From NCBI RefSeq assembly GCF_036365525.1, contig NC_090379.1, positions 107,122,673-107,186,672 of the forward strand: a stretch of 64,000 nt of DNA. Direction: 5' to 3'. Source of the DNA: Heterodontus francisci. Taxonomy: Eukaryota. Of this stretch, positions 38,273 to 52,267 are shown one piece after another. The position numbers were made by a program, and so were the translations under genes. The notes under the pieces were generated by a model. It was not told the DNA's origin. It was given only the letters and a program-made list of their open reading frames with translations, and did not search any database. Positions within the stretch are counted from its first letter, which is position 1, and each line of letters opens with the position of its first letter.

Positions 38273-39183
38273 GTGTAAGGTCACACAAATAAAATGGCAC
38301 CTGGATACCAGAGGTCAATACACAAGTCAAATAACCTATAATAGAAAGGGATAGTCTTAAAGGTACTGCTGTCAGAGGAAGCCAGGCTTCTAGTAACAAG
38401 CATTTCTTGATGTCAAGGGCTGAAGCCAGACTGACAGAAAACCCTACATTGTTGCTTATGGTATGGGCTCTGAACTTCAAGTCTTGCATGCATGCACCTT
38501 TGAGAACCTGATCAACAAATCTTTAAATGCATCATCTTCCTGAAGTTAAAGGGCTGGAAATGTTCCATTATTTTGGGGCCATTAAAGTAGCACTCTAACT
38601 TAAGGAAACTACTTCAACTGCTTGGGAATGCACCAATGCACTTCAAGCCAAAAGAAATACAATCTTGGGCTATCAACCATGATTGTACTGAACTGAGGAA
38701 TTCAAATTGAAGGGGATAACCTTGCAATATCAACTCTCTTTCACTCATATATCAAAGATGGCTTCTCAGAAGTGTATTCAATGCATGGAAGATCCTTCCA
38801 CCCATCAGCTGCCCTTTAATAACTGCTGAGCTGATATCTTAGTGCACGAGACGACAACTGTTTTTCTTCTTCCCCTCCCAGCTTCGCCCCTCCAGTTCCC
38901 TTACCTAGACATTTGGCATTGTAATTTAACAGTCTCTTTGAGCCCTACAAAAAGCCTTACCTGAGAGGTCAACAATGGACCATATTCAGGATGAAACATC
39001 TCTCAGCACCATCTGCAACCTATAAGCATTGTTCGGTATTTTCTGAACAGCAGAGTTACCTGAACTTGCTCTTCAAAGAAAAAAAAGCTATTTTCCCTTG
39101 TGTAGATCCAGAACCTCCAAAGGATGGCTGGCTGCAGAACTGAATTCTGAATGCAATAATGTCTGCAGCTTTAATGCCTGCAG

Positions 39184-40376
39184 TGAACTCAAGAGGTGAG
39201 GTGAGAGTGACTGCCCTTGACATCAAGGCAGCATTTGACCAAGTATGGCATCAAGGAGCCCTAGCAAAACTGAGGTCAATGGGAATCAGGGGGAAAACCC
39301 TCCACTGGTTGGAATCATACTGAGTGCAAAGGAAGATGGTTGTGGTTGTTGGGGGTCAATCATCTGAGCTCCAGGACATCACTGCAGGAGTTCCTCAGGG
39401 TAGTGTCCTAGGTCCAACCATCTTCAGCTGCTTCATCAATGACCTTCCTTCAATCATAAGGTCAGAGTGGCGATGTTCACTGATGATTGCACAATGTTCA
39501 GCACCATTTGTGACTCCTCAGATACTGAGGCAGTCCGTGTAGAAATGCAGCAAGACTTGGACAGTATCCAGGCTTGGGCTGATAAGTGGCAAGTAACATT
39601 TGTGCCACACAAGTGCCAGACAATGACCATCGCCAACAAGAGAGTATCTAACCATCTCCCCTTGACATTCAATGGCATTACCATCGCTGAATCCCCCACT
39701 ATCAACATCCTAGGGGCTACCATTGACCAGAAATTGAACTGGGATAGCCATGTAAATACCACGGCTACAAGAGCAAGTCAGAATTTCGGAATTCTGCAGC
39801 GAGTAACTCACTTCCTGACTCCCCAAAGCCTGTCCACCATCTGCAAGGCACAAGTCAGGAGTGTGATGGAATATTCTCCACTTGCCTGGACGGGTGCAGC
39901 TCCAACAACACTCAAGAAGCTTGACACCATCTAGGACAAAGCAGCACGCTTGACTGGCACCCCATCCACAAACATTCACTCACTCCACCACCGACGCACA
40001 GTGGCTGCAGTGTGTACCATCTACAAGATGCACTGCAGCAACGCACCAAGGCTCCTTAGACAGCACCTTCCAAACCTGTGACCTCTACCAACTAGAAGGA
40101 CAAGGGCAGCAAATGCATGGGAACACCGCCACCTGCAAGTTCCTCTCCAAGTCACACACCATCCTGACTTGGAACTAGATCGCTGTTCCTTCACTGTCAC
40201 TGGGTCAAGATCCTGGAACTCCCTTCCTAACAGCACTGTGGGTGTACCTACCCCACATGGACTGCGGCGGTTCAAGAAGGCAGCTCCCCATCACCTTCTC
40301 AAGGGCAATTAGGGATGGGCAATAAATGCTGGTCTGGCCAGCGACGCCCTCATCCCATGCATGAATAAAGAAAAAG
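39184..40376 (+). mobile_element. CR1-group LINE family B, RT to 3' tail
   Basis: [55 protein letters not shown]; tail catcccatgcatgaataaagaaaaa. Confidence 0.93.
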
Positions 40377-40799
40377 GATAGCTACACACCAGATACATTG
40401 GGTAATTAAGGTTTAAGTTCCAACTTGTGTCACAGATTTAAGCTTCCTTTTTGTTTAAATGATCCAAATAGTACAGATTTTCAGAAATAATTTGGTAAGG
40501 TGTCTCACTGGATGCTTGTTACAAAATGTGCGTGCAGGGCACAGGAAGAAATGTAGCAGCATGGGTTAAAAAAAAATTGTTTGGCAGCCAGGAAACTAAA
40601 GGTTTGAGTACATCTGTGTCGCTTGAAATTAAAAAAGACTGGAATTCATTTTGGGTCCACTTAATGATTTGGACATCAGCATTGAGAGTACAAGTGGAAT
40701 TTGCCGATGACATAAGAGTAGTTCAGCAAACAGCAGGCACATGGAAAGGTTAGCAGGTTGAGCAGGCCAGTGGCAGATGCCACCTCATGCAGCCGTTTT

Positions 40800-42380
40800 T
40801 AAAAAATTGTTCATGGGATATGAGGGTCGCTTGCAAGGCCAGCATTTGTTGCCCAACCCTAATTGCCCTCGAGAAGGTGGTGGTCAGCTGCCTTCTTGAA
40901 CCGCTGCAGTCCATGTGGTGTAGGTACACCCACTGTGTTGTCAGAGAGGGAGTTACAGAATTTTGACCCAGCGACAGTAAAGGAATGATGATATAGTTCC
41001 ATGTCAGGATGGTGCGGGACTTGCAGGGGACATTGCAAGTGGTGGTGTACCCATATGTCTGCCGCCCTTCTCCTTCTAGGTGGTAGTGGTTACCCGCCAC
41101 AGAATTCCCAGCCTCTGACCTGCTCTTGTCAGCAAATTCCACTTTGTAGGAGGCACTTCTGGCTGAAGATGGTTGCAAATGTTTCAACCTTGTCTTTTGC
41201 ACTGATGTGCTGTGCTCCCCTATCATTGAGGATGAGGATGTTTGTGAAGCCTCCTCCTCTGGTTAGTTGTTTAATTGTCCACCATCATTCACAACTGGGT
41301 GAGGCAGGATGGCAGAGCTTTGACCTGATCCGTTGGTTGTGAGATCACTTTGCTTAGCCTATCACATGCTGCTTCCTCTGTTTCGCACGCCTGTAGTCCT
41401 TAACTATCGCTTCACCAGGTTGGCGCCTCACTCTTAAGTATGCCTGGTGCTGCTCCTTGCATTCTGTTGTCATGCAGGCCCCCACCTGACAAGACTGAGG
41501 CACACATTATTTCATCACATGAACATTAAAACTTAAAATTGTAGCTGGGAAGAAAACAGGGCCTATCACAAAGAATTGCCAAGTCCATGACTGGAAAGAC
41601 ACTTGCAGGCTAGCAGACAGTATTGGGACTAAGGACCAAGTCCCTGCTCTCCAAATCACAGAAGACCTGGTCAGGCCAGTTTAGTTACATGACTAACTGG
41701 CTGTTTGAATTTGAACTTGCTGAGAGAAGAAACTCAGAATGCTGTTTGCTCCTGGACTGAAAAGACCTCTCTCGTCTGCTCTCATCTCGCTCTCACCAGC
41801 TTCGGAAACGGCTGAAGACACATGAACCCCAAGAGAGAAAAGTTTCCTACAGTCAACAAGGTTTAAGAAGAATACAGGGCCCCAATGAAAAGCAAGACTA
41901 CTTACAAAAGGACTAGAGTGAGTTTGAAGCACATTAAACAAGGAACTCTTCTGATATTGCCTCAAACCTCTCCATTTTATTTTTCTTCTGCTTTTTTCTG
42001 TCCCTTTTTGCATGTGCGTATCGTGTATGCATGCTGACGTGGGGCACGTCGTATGTCTGTAGGTGTTAACCCAATTAGAGTGCAAGTTTTAATAAATTTC
42101 ACTTTTCTTCTTTAAACCAAAGAAAGCCTGTTTATGCTCATTTCTTTGCCTTATAATTGCAAACTGTGAACAAGGATTCACCAAGGGGGAGCTCAAAACA
42201 CTGCGCGTTTAAAATTAAACCCTGTTACAATAAGACCAGGTGAAAACATTAATAGACCCATAGACACCTTTCTCACCTGGTCGGAACACCTGGCCCTGCA
42301 CTCCTCATTGAAACCAGGGTTGATCCTCTAGCCTGATGGTAATGGTAGAGTGAGGGATATATTAGGCCATGCGATTACAG
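40800..42380 (-). mobile_element. CR1-group LINE family B with internal deletions, split by a solo LTR
   Basis: Family-B tail in reverse at 40800-40900; sequence at about 41460 continues at about 42289 (reverse of 48120-48250). Confidence 0.85.
41468..42288 (+). mobile_element. Solo LTR, LTR family 1 (Gypsy-like)
   Basis: TGTCATG...GGAACA termini; reverse complement of 45013-45932 and 22443-23309; AATAAA at 42091. Confidence 0.88.
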
Positions 42381-45012
42381 AGGCGATGCTTTTTGGAAGG
42401 AGAAACAAAGAATGAAAGGCTACACTGAACTGAAATGACACTGAAAGGTTTGAAGGAACATAAAGATCAAGGGCACAAATTCAGAATTCCTTCAAATTGG
42501 GAAAGAGAGGAGTCAGTCATAAAGTCAGTAACATTTTGAATTTTATATATAGATGCAGAAAGTACAAGAGCAAAGGTTATGCTAAATCTGTGCAAGGCAT
42601 TATTTAGGCCATAATAAGAGTCCTAATATAGGACGAACATTAAAATCACAGATTGTACAGTGTGGCTTCACCAGGCTGATAACAGGGATAGGAAAACTAG
42701 AGTTATGAGGAGACTTGAGATATTGGACCTATTTCCACTGGAGCAAGACTAGCTAAGAGGAGATTTATTGGAAATTTTTGAAACTATGGAGGTTTTTGAT
42801 CAGGAAAGATTGTTTCCTCTGGTTCAGGAACTAATGATATGCGATCCAAATTCAAAATTGTCACTAAGGACAGATTAGGAGAAACGGTTTAACACAGAAT
42901 ACTGTTACAGCATGAAGTGCTCTACAACAGAGTACAGTTGACTTAGAGACCATTAATTTTTCAGGGAAGAGATGAACGATTGATATAGAGGTCTATGGGA
43001 GACTACAGGATAGTCAGAGTAATTTTGGATTGCTCTAGCACAGAGCCAGCATAGGCACATTGGGCCAAACTGCCACTTCTTGTGCTTTTAGCTTCAACTG
43101 TTCAAAGGGAAAACAGGAATTTGGAAAGCAAGTTGAGTAACCTTGGTTCTCAAATTTGTAACAGAAAATTTAAGAAAACTGCAGATGGCACCAAGAGGTA
43201 TTTCAGCCTGAATGAAGTCTCATGAAGAGGACCCAATGGGCACAGGCTGTACCTACTGTGTAATCGCTTGGACTCTTTCAAAGGGCAAGATTTTTTTTTG
43301 CTGTATCCAACCTTCATTTCTGCAAGGAATATACCACTCTCAAAACAAAACCTGTAGGAAAGCTAAGAAGTTGGAGGAGGTAAACCAGTAAATTCAGAAG
43401 TTAAACCAAATATTCAACCAGGACTCAGAGTGAGACTCAATACTCATCAAGGGTATACCTACACACCCAAATTAGCTTCAGTACAACCATTAAACTCATC
43501 AAGAGATTTTGTGAGCATTAAAAAATGGCTCATTACCCAAAAGTTGGCTCATCATCCAAAGGTTTACTATCATCCTGCCTATCCAAGAAGATAAACATAG
43601 AGATAGCTAATTTTGTTGATTGTTTTGCCTTCACCTGGGATTGTACCCAATTCTGCAGCCCTATCAATGGGAAGTGATATCAGTTCTATTTTATGTTTGT
43701 TGAGTTTCCCAGGTTATTGCCATCCTGGGGTCCTTTTCCATTAGGGAGGGATGGCCTGATCTCGAATCTGCTACGTTGGCAGCCTGCACTGTTTTACGAG
43801 AAGGTCCAAGAACCAGGAGACTGCCCATGAGCAGACGAATAGGGGAAAACGAGAAACGGAATTAACATGCATAATCTCATACTTCAGATAATGCTTGTAT
43901 ATGCACCAAATCAGTAGAAGTTTACATGCCCAATCAGCACCACAGTCCGGAGAGTATAAGCAAAGCAATCCCAAGCGAGGTAGATAATGACAGAAATCAT
44001 TCTTAAAAAATCATCAGTCAGGGTAGGTGCCCATCCTTTGGGAGACTGAGGTTACCAAAATGCTTTCCAAAGGCAAGGATCAAGTTGAAGTCAAATACAA
44101 CAGCTGCAAAGTCAAAAAGAACTTGCAGCTGCTGTTCTGAGCAAACAAAACAATACAAGGCCCACGTGATGAAGCCTGGTATGGCTTTAGTCACTGGCCA
44201 TGTGCTAAATTCATGGCTTATTGCCAAACCCCTCCAGGTTTGTCGAGAGTACAGTTAACCGTTAGTGGATTTTGAGAGTTTTGAGTTCAATTTAAACATT
44301 TTCCAGCATTAGTGGGAGAAAAGAGACCTTTATAAACCCCTTATACTCTGGGTTCAGACCCAAGGTCTTTAGAAGGTGCTATAAATCAGGCTTGTTGACT
44401 ATCGGACGGGGTGTATCAGCAAGTCAACATATATCTCTCCAAAGGAGGGCTGGCATTTCCCTTTTTCCTCTTTTAGTCTTTACAAAGAGCTTGACCACAT
44501 TAGGCATTTTTGGCAGGCTTCCCCAGTAAATGTAGTGGAGGGCATTCTCATGGTAGCATAAACATTCCTTCTACTTTATTTAGAAGAGTTTCTGGACCAA
44601 CCATCTCAGAAAAAGGAGAAAGTTTGAAATAGGCCCAAACTCTGACAATTCACCATGTGTTCAACGCTGTACTACATATTGGTACATTTACTGAAAAAAC
44701 ATCAACTACAAATAATGGCTCCTATCAAGTATCTCTCATTTCAGGCACACACAGCAATGTTTTTCAACTTACTTGCCAAAGCGGCCAAGACAAATTCAAT
44801 TTGGAACAAATACAACTTTGAGGATTCTATCTTTTAAACTCTTTCCATTAGAAATATGTTCCTGTATATGTTAGAGCCTACTTTCACATCCATAAAATTC
44901 CATATTTCCATCACTTCATGTAGCATTTTTATTGGATCAGTTTTTCCGGCATCAGTTTGCATTAGACATCAAGTATATTTTTCCTGGAGAGTGCATTATT
45001 CAGTCTTAGAAC

Positions 45013-45932
45013 TGTTACAACCAGGTGAGAAAGGTGTCTAGGGTCTTTTCTCAGCCTTCACCTAGTCTTATTGTAACAGGGTTTAATTTTAAACACATTG
45101 TGTTTTGAGCTCCCTCTTGGTGAATCCTTGTTCACCACTTTCCAATTATAAGGCAAAGAAATTAGCACAAACAGGCCTGTTTAGGTTTAAAGAAGAAAAG
45201 CGAAATTTATTAAAACTTAAACTTAACCTCTAATTGGGTTAACGCCTACGGATACAGGCCATGCCCCACGCTAGCATGCATACGCGATACCCGTATGCAA
45301 ATAGAGACAGAAAAGAGAAGAAAAAATAAAGTAGAGAGGTTCGAGGCAATATCAGAAGAGTTTCTGGTTACTGTGCTTCGAGCTCACTGTCATCCTTTTG
45401 TAGGTAGTCTTGCTTTTCGTTGAGGCCCAGTATTCTTATTAAACCTTGTTCACTGTAGGAGACTTTTCTCTCTTGGGGTTCATGTGTCTTCAATGGGTCT
45501 TCAGTTCCATGTGAAAGAGGTGGGAGCAGACAGGAGAGAGATTTTTTCAGTCTAGGAGCAAAGAGCTTTCTGAGTTTTTAAAACTCTGTGGCAAGTTCAA
45601 ATTCAAAAAGACTCCAACAGCCAGTTAGTCATGTGACTAAACTGGTCTGACCACATCTGTTTGTGTATTCGGCCACCTTAGCAGTTAACCTGCAATGCTA
45701 GCCTATCCAACTTCAACGTCTGGTAATCAAAAGTCCATTGTGGATTAAATCGGAACAGGGAGTGGACCCTTTGTCCTTTCCAAGTACTGCCCGTTACTAT
45801 GCAAATGTCTTTCCAGTCAAGGGTCTGGTGTTTTTTTTTTCCAAAACAAGTTCTTTCTTTACGCCAGTAACAGTTTAAAAATCAATGTACATGTGGTGAA
45901 ATTAATGTCTCATTCTTGGCAGATGTATGACA
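45013..45932 (-). mobile_element. Solo LTR, LTR family 1 (Gypsy-like)
   Basis: TGTTACA...TATGACA termini with exact 4-bp TSD GAAC (45009-45012 and 45933-45936). Confidence 0.92.
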
Positions 45933-47920
45933 GAACTCTTGGAGTTCTAATCCAGCCGAGTTAAAGTAAATAAAGTTCTCCTCTTCTCTTCACAGGACCT
46001 TGGGTCTGAACACAATATATCGTCCCATCTCTTCCACTAACCTTGGACTAGCAGTTTGAATTCAACTCAGACTGAACATCACTGAACAGTCAACTCTGTG
46101 AAAAAAATGCGAAACTTCAGCCATGTTATTACTTTGGCATTCATATAGCAAAAAGGGTTTGCAAAGTCAATAGAATCATAGAATGGTTACAGCACAGAAG
46201 GCCCATTGTGTCTGTGCCAGCTCACTGCAACAACAACTCACTTAGTCCCACTCCCCTGCCTTTTCCCCATAGCCCTGCAAATTTTTGCTATCTAGATGAT
46301 TATCCAATTCTCTTTTGAAAGCCAAGATTGAATCTGCCTCAACCACATTCTCAGGTGCTGCATTCCAGATCCTAACCACTCACTGTGTAAAGAAGCTTTT
46401 CCTCACATTGCCTCTGGTTCTTTTACAATTCACCTTAAATTGATATCCTCTGGTTCTTGACCCTTTCGCCAATGGGAAGAGTTTCTCCTCATCTACTCTG
46501 TCCAGACCTCTCATGATTTTGAGCACCTCGATCAAATCTCTTCTCAACCTACCCTTCTCCAAGAACAGACCAGCCTCTCCAAACTATTCACATAACTGAA
46601 GTCCCTCATCCCTGGAATCTTTTCTGCATCCCCTCTAAAGCCTTCATATCCTTCCTAAAGTTTGGTGCCCAGAATTGAATACAATACTCCAGATGAGACC
46701 AAACCAGTGTTTTATAAAAGTTCCCCATAGCTCCCTTGCTTTTGTATTCTATGTTCCTATTGAAAAGTCCAAGATCCCATATGCTTTATTAACCACTTTT
46801 TCAACCTGCCCTGCAACCTTCAATGATTTGTGCATATATATCCTCAGGTCCCTCTGCTCCTGCACCCACTTTAAAATTGTATCGTTTATTTTATATTGCC
46901 TCTCCTCATTCTTCCTACCAAAATGTATCACTTCACACTTCTCTGCATTAAATTTCATCTGCCATGTGTCCACCCATTCCACCAGCCTGTTTGCGTCCTC
47001 CTGAAGTCTATCACTATCCTCCTCACAGTTCACAGTACTTCCAAGTTTTGTGTCATCTGCAAATTTTGACACTGTGCCCTGCATATCCAAGTCTAGGTCA
47101 TTACTATAGATTAAGAAAAGCAGTGGTCCTAATACCAACCCCTGGGGAATCCCACTATATACCTCCCTCCAGTCCAAAAAACAACCATTCACTACTACTT
47201 GCTGTGACCTTTAACTCAGCCAACTTTGTATCCCGTGCTGCCACTGTACCTTTTATTCCATGAGCTTTAACTTTGCTAACAAATCTGTATATGACACTTG
47301 ATCAAATGCCTTTGGATGTACATGTACACCACACCAATCACATTACCTCATCAAAAAATTAATCAAATTAGTTAAACACAATTTGCGCTCAACAAATCCA
47401 TGCAGGCATTCTTTAATTAATCCAAATTTCCAAGTGAATGTTAATTTTATCTTGAATATTGTTTCCAAAAAGCTTTCCCACCACCGATGTTAAACTGACT
47501 GGCCTGTAGTTGCTGGACTTATCCTTAAACTCTTTTGAACAAGGGTGTAACATTTACAATTCTCCAGTCCTCTGTCGCCACCCCTGTTTTAAGTACAGCC
47601 AGCCTATCTGATATCTCCTTTTTTTCTATTATTAACCCATCCAGTGTCTCACCAATCTCCTCTTTCACTACGACTTTGGCAGCATCTTCTTCCTTAGTAA
47701 AAACAGGTGCAAAATACTCATTTAGTACATCAGCCAAGTCCTCGTCCTCCATGCGTAAACCCCCTTTTTGGTCCCTAATCAGCCCCACTCTTCCTTTTAC
47801 CACCCTTTTAATATTTATATGCCTAAAGACGACTTTTGGATTCCCTTTTGTGTTAGCTGCCAGTCTCTTCTCATGCTCTTTCTTTCCTTCTCATTTCTTT
47901 TCTCACTTCCCCTCGGAACT

Positions 47921-50467
47921 CGAGATGCATCTGTCCATGACAGTATTGGTCGGAGTGACCACCGCACAGTCCTTGAGAATACCCTCCATCGTGTTTTGTG
48001 GCACTACCACCATGCTCAATGGGATAGATTTCGAACAGATCAAGCAATGCAAAACTGGGCATCCATGAGGCTCAGTGGGCCATCAGCAGCAGTAGAATTC
48101 TACTCAACCACAATCTGTAACCTCATGGCCCAGTTTATCCCACACTCTACCATTACCATCAAGCCAGGAGACCAACCCTGGTACAATGAAGAGTGCAGGA
48201 GGGCATGCCAGCAGCAGCACCAGGCATACCTCAAAATGAGGTGTCAACCTGGTGAAGCTACAGCCCAGGACTACTTGCATGCCAAACTGCGGAAGCAGCA
48301 TGCGATAGAACTCAGCGATCCCATAACCAATGGATGAGATCTACGCTCTGCAGTCCTGCCACATGCAGTCGTGAATGGTGGTGGACAATTAAAGAACCGG
48401 TTTCCTCCCACAAGCCAAAAGACTTGCAGGTTGATAGGTAAATTGGCCATTATAAATTGTCACTAGTGTAGGTAGGTAGTAGGGAAATATAGGGACAGGT
48501 GGGGATGTTTGGTAGGAATATGGGGTTAGTGTAGGATTAGTATAAATGGGTGGTTGATGTTCGGCACAGACTCGGTGGGCCGAAGGGCCTGTTTCAGTGC
48601 TGTATCTCTAATCTAATCTAATCTAATCTAACTAACAGGAAGAGGTGGCTCCACAAATATCTCCATCCTCAATAATGGAGGAGCCCTGCACATCAGTGTG
48701 AAAGATATGGCTGAAGCATTTGCAACAATCTTCAGCTAGAAGTGCCAAGTTAATGATTCATTTCAGCCTCCTCCTGAAGTCCCCAGCATCACAGATGACA
48801 GTCTTCAGCCAATTCAATACACTCCACGTGATATGCGGAAACAACTGAAGGCACTGGATACTGCAAAGTCTATGGGCCCTGATAATATTCTGGCAATAGT
48901 ACTGAAGACCTGTGCTCCAGAACTTGCCACACCCCTAGTCAAGTTGTTCTAGTACAGGTACAATTATGGCATCTACCCGACAATGTGGAAAATTGTTACA
49001 CAAAGCCGGGAGACCAATCCTGTACACAAAAAGCATGACCAGTTCAACCTGGCCAATTACCACCCCATCAGTCTACTCTCAATCATCAGTAAAGTGATGG
49101 AAAGTGTAGTCGACAGTGCTATCAAGTGACACTTGCTTAGCAACACCCTGCTCAGTGATGCTCAATTTGGGTTCTGCCAGGGCCACTCAACTCCTGACCT
49201 CATTAAAGCCTTGGTTCAAACGTGGACAAAAGAGCTGAACTCAGGAGGTGAGTTCAGGAGGTGATGCCCTTGACATCAAGGCAGCATTTGACCGAGTATG
49301 GCATAATTGTTTGGAGCCCAAGTAAAACTGCAGTCAATGGGAATCAGGGGACAAACTCTCCGCTGGTTGGAGTTATACCAAGCGCAAAGGAAGATGGTTG
49401 TGGTCGTTGGAGGGCAATCATCTCAGCTCCGGGACATCACTGCAAGAGTTCCTCAGGATAGTGTCCTAGGCCCAACCATCTTCAGTTGCTTCATCTTCCT
49501 TTGTGCTCGGTATAACTCCAACCAGCGGAGAGTTTGTCTCCTTCAATCATAAGGTCAGAAGTGGGGATGTTGGCTGATGATTGCACAATGTTCAGCACCA
49601 TTTGCGACTCCTCAGATACTGAAGCAGTCCGTGTAGAAATGCAGCAAAACCTGGACAATATCCAGGCTTGGGCTGATAAATGGCAAGTGACATTCGCACT
49701 ATACAAGTGCCAGGCAATGACCATCTCCAACAAGAGAGAATCTAACCATCTCCCCTTGACATTCAATGGCACTACCATCGCTGAATCCCCACTATCAACA
49801 TCCTGGGGGTTACCATTGACCAGAAACTGAACTGAAGTAGCCATATAAATACTATGGCTGCAAGAGCAGGTCAGAGACTAGGAATCCTGTGGCAAGTAAC
49901 TCACCTCCTGCCTCCCCAAAGCCTGTCCACTGTCTACAAGATACAAGTCAGGAGCGAGATGGAATACTCTCCGCTTGCCTGGATGGGTGTAGCTCCAACA
50001 ACACTCTAGAAGCTCGACACCATCCAGCACAAAGAAGCCCACTTGATTGGTACCCCATCCACAAACATTCACTCTCTCCACCACCGACACACAGTGGCAG
50101 CACTGTGTACCATCTACAAGATGCACTGCAGCAACGCACCAAGGAACCTTAGATAGCACCTTCCAAACCCGTAACCTCTATCACCTAGAAGGACAAGGGC
50201 AGCAAATGCATGGGAACACCTACACCTGCAAGTTCCCCTCCAAGCCATACACCATCCTGACTTGGAACTATATCGCCGTTCCTTCACTGTCGCTGGGTCA
50301 AATTCCTGGAACTCCCTTCCTGACAGCACTGTGGGTGTACCTACCCAAGATGGACTGCAGTGCTTCAAGAAGGCAGCTCACCACCACCTTCTGAAGGGCA
50401 ATTAGGGAGGGGAAATAAGTGCTGGCCTAGCAGCGATGCCCACATCCCATGATTGAATAAAAAAAAA
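47921..50467 (+). mobile_element. CR1-group LINE family B nested in the CR1
   Basis: SIGRSDH endonuclease end, QPWYNEEC, RT (ADDCTMF) and poly-A tail near 50456-50467; host CR1 rejoins across it. Confidence 0.93.
48397..48631 (+). mobile_element. V-SINE (HE1-like), 5'-truncated, nested in the family-B LINE
   Basis: V-domain ccggtttcctcccaca..ccaaaagacttgcaggtt; closely similar to 62175-62385; (ctaat)n tail. Confidence 0.9.
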
Positions 50468-52267
50468 CTTTCTATATTCAGTCTGGTTCTCATTTGTCTT
50501 ATCAAGCTGACATGTGTCAGCTGCACCCTTTTGCTTCTTCATCTTACTCTCTATCTCTTTCATCATCCAGGGAGCTCTGACTTCACCTTGACTATACCCG
50601 AAATACCAACTCTTTAAAAGCAAACCATTGCTCCCTTACAATTTTGCCTGCCAATATTTGATTCCTACTTACTTGGGCCAGATCCATTCCCACCCATTGA
50701 AATTGGCCCTCCCCCAATTAAATATCTTTACTCTATATTGCTCCTTGTTCTTTTCCATAGCTAACCTAAACATTATGATACTACGTTCACTGTCCCCTAA
50801 ATGTTCCCCCACTGACACTTGATTCACTTGACCCACCTCATTCCCCAGAACCAGATCCAGCAATGCCTCCTTCCTCGTGGACTGGAAACACTGATGTAGA
50901 AAATTCTCCTGAACACACTCTAGGAACTCTTGCCCCTCTCTGCCTACACACAATTACTATCCCGGTCTATATTAGGATAATTAAGGTCCCCCATTATAAC
51001 TACTCTACAATTCTTGCACCTCTCCGTAATTCTTGCAAATTTGTTCCTCTATATCTTTCCCACTAGTTGGTGGCCTAGTAGTGTAGGTAATACACCTAGT
51101 AGTGTAATGATACCTCTATTGTTACTTAGCTCTAACCAAACAGATTCTGCCCTTGAGCCCTCTAGGACATCCTCTTTCTCCAGCACTGTAATGTTCTCCT
51201 TAATCAATACAGCTACCCCTCCTCCTTTCTTTCCTTCCCTATCTTTCCTGAACATCCTGTATCCAGGAATATTTAGTAACCAGTCCTGCCTTTTTTTGAA
51301 CCAGGTCTCCATTATCGCCACGACATCATACTCCCACGTGGCTCTCTGCACCTGCAGCTCACCAACCTGATTTACCACACTCCGTGCATTCACACACATG
51401 CACAGTAAACCTAATTTAGACCTTATTGCATTCCCTCTTACCCTGACCCCACCTAATATCTTACTAGTTCTCATTCTAGTGTTATCTGTCTCTCCCAATT
51501 CTTTGTGAAAAACCTTGTTTTCCTCTCTTAATATTACCTTCTTTGGTTCCCATCCCCCTGCCTACTTAGTTTAAACCCTCCCCCATAGCACTAGTAAACC
51601 ACCCCACAAGGACATTGGGCCTGACTCTTTAGGTGCAACCTGTCTTGCCTGTACAGGTTCCATCTCTCCCAGAACCAGTCCCAATGTCCCTAAAGCCCTC
51701 CCATCTGCACCATTGCTCCAGCCACGCATTCATCTGCTCTATCCTCCTCATATTGATATGTGAAACTTAACCACCACTTTTAGCAATGGATTCAGTTACA
51801 TTTTTGAGGTGTTAGTGTAAATTCAAATGAAAACCATTCTTATACACCTAGGGTTGATTTTAGATATCAGTACATCTTGGCAAAACATCAATACAAGTCT
51901 TACTGCCATACCTGTGGTCGACAGTTAGTTTTAGGCCACTGTGTGTATAAGCACCACAGCCAACTTGAAAATACCTAGCCAAAGTTGCTAAACAAGCCCA
52001 GATGAATTTGAATAGCAATCCAGGCTACAGTTCAAACAAAGTTCTGACTGTTAGAACTTGTGTCCAAGTTCTTAAAGAGGGAACGCACCAATAGGCAACG
52101 CTCGCTCTGATGTGCAAAGCGTGTATTATATTATAATATATACTACCACAGGGTGTAGTTGAGGCAAGTAGTTTAGATACATTTAAGGGGAATCTGGATA
52201 AGAATGAGGGGAAAAAGGAATAGAAGATTATGCTGATAAGTTAGATAAGGAAGTTTGGGAGGAGGCT

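Larger units (their letters stand above)
40500..43100 (+). mobile_element. Old CR1 fragment (about 40500-40795 and 42380-43100) split by nested insertions
   Basis: EFADD remnant near 40700; colinear CR1 3' region resumes after 42380 through the tail near 43050-43095. Confidence 0.65.
46170..51750 (-). mobile_element. CR1 LINE (end of ORF1, endonuclease, RT, tail) in two pieces, 46170-47920 and 50468-51750
   Basis: RT 46749-47192 (GIPQGLVLGPLLFLIY, FADDTK); endonuclease 50669-51498 (VNARSVVN, VVAIMETW, RKDREGKKGGGVAVLIK, LLDLVL); esterase-end remnant near 51630-51700; tail near 46170. Confidence 0.93.
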
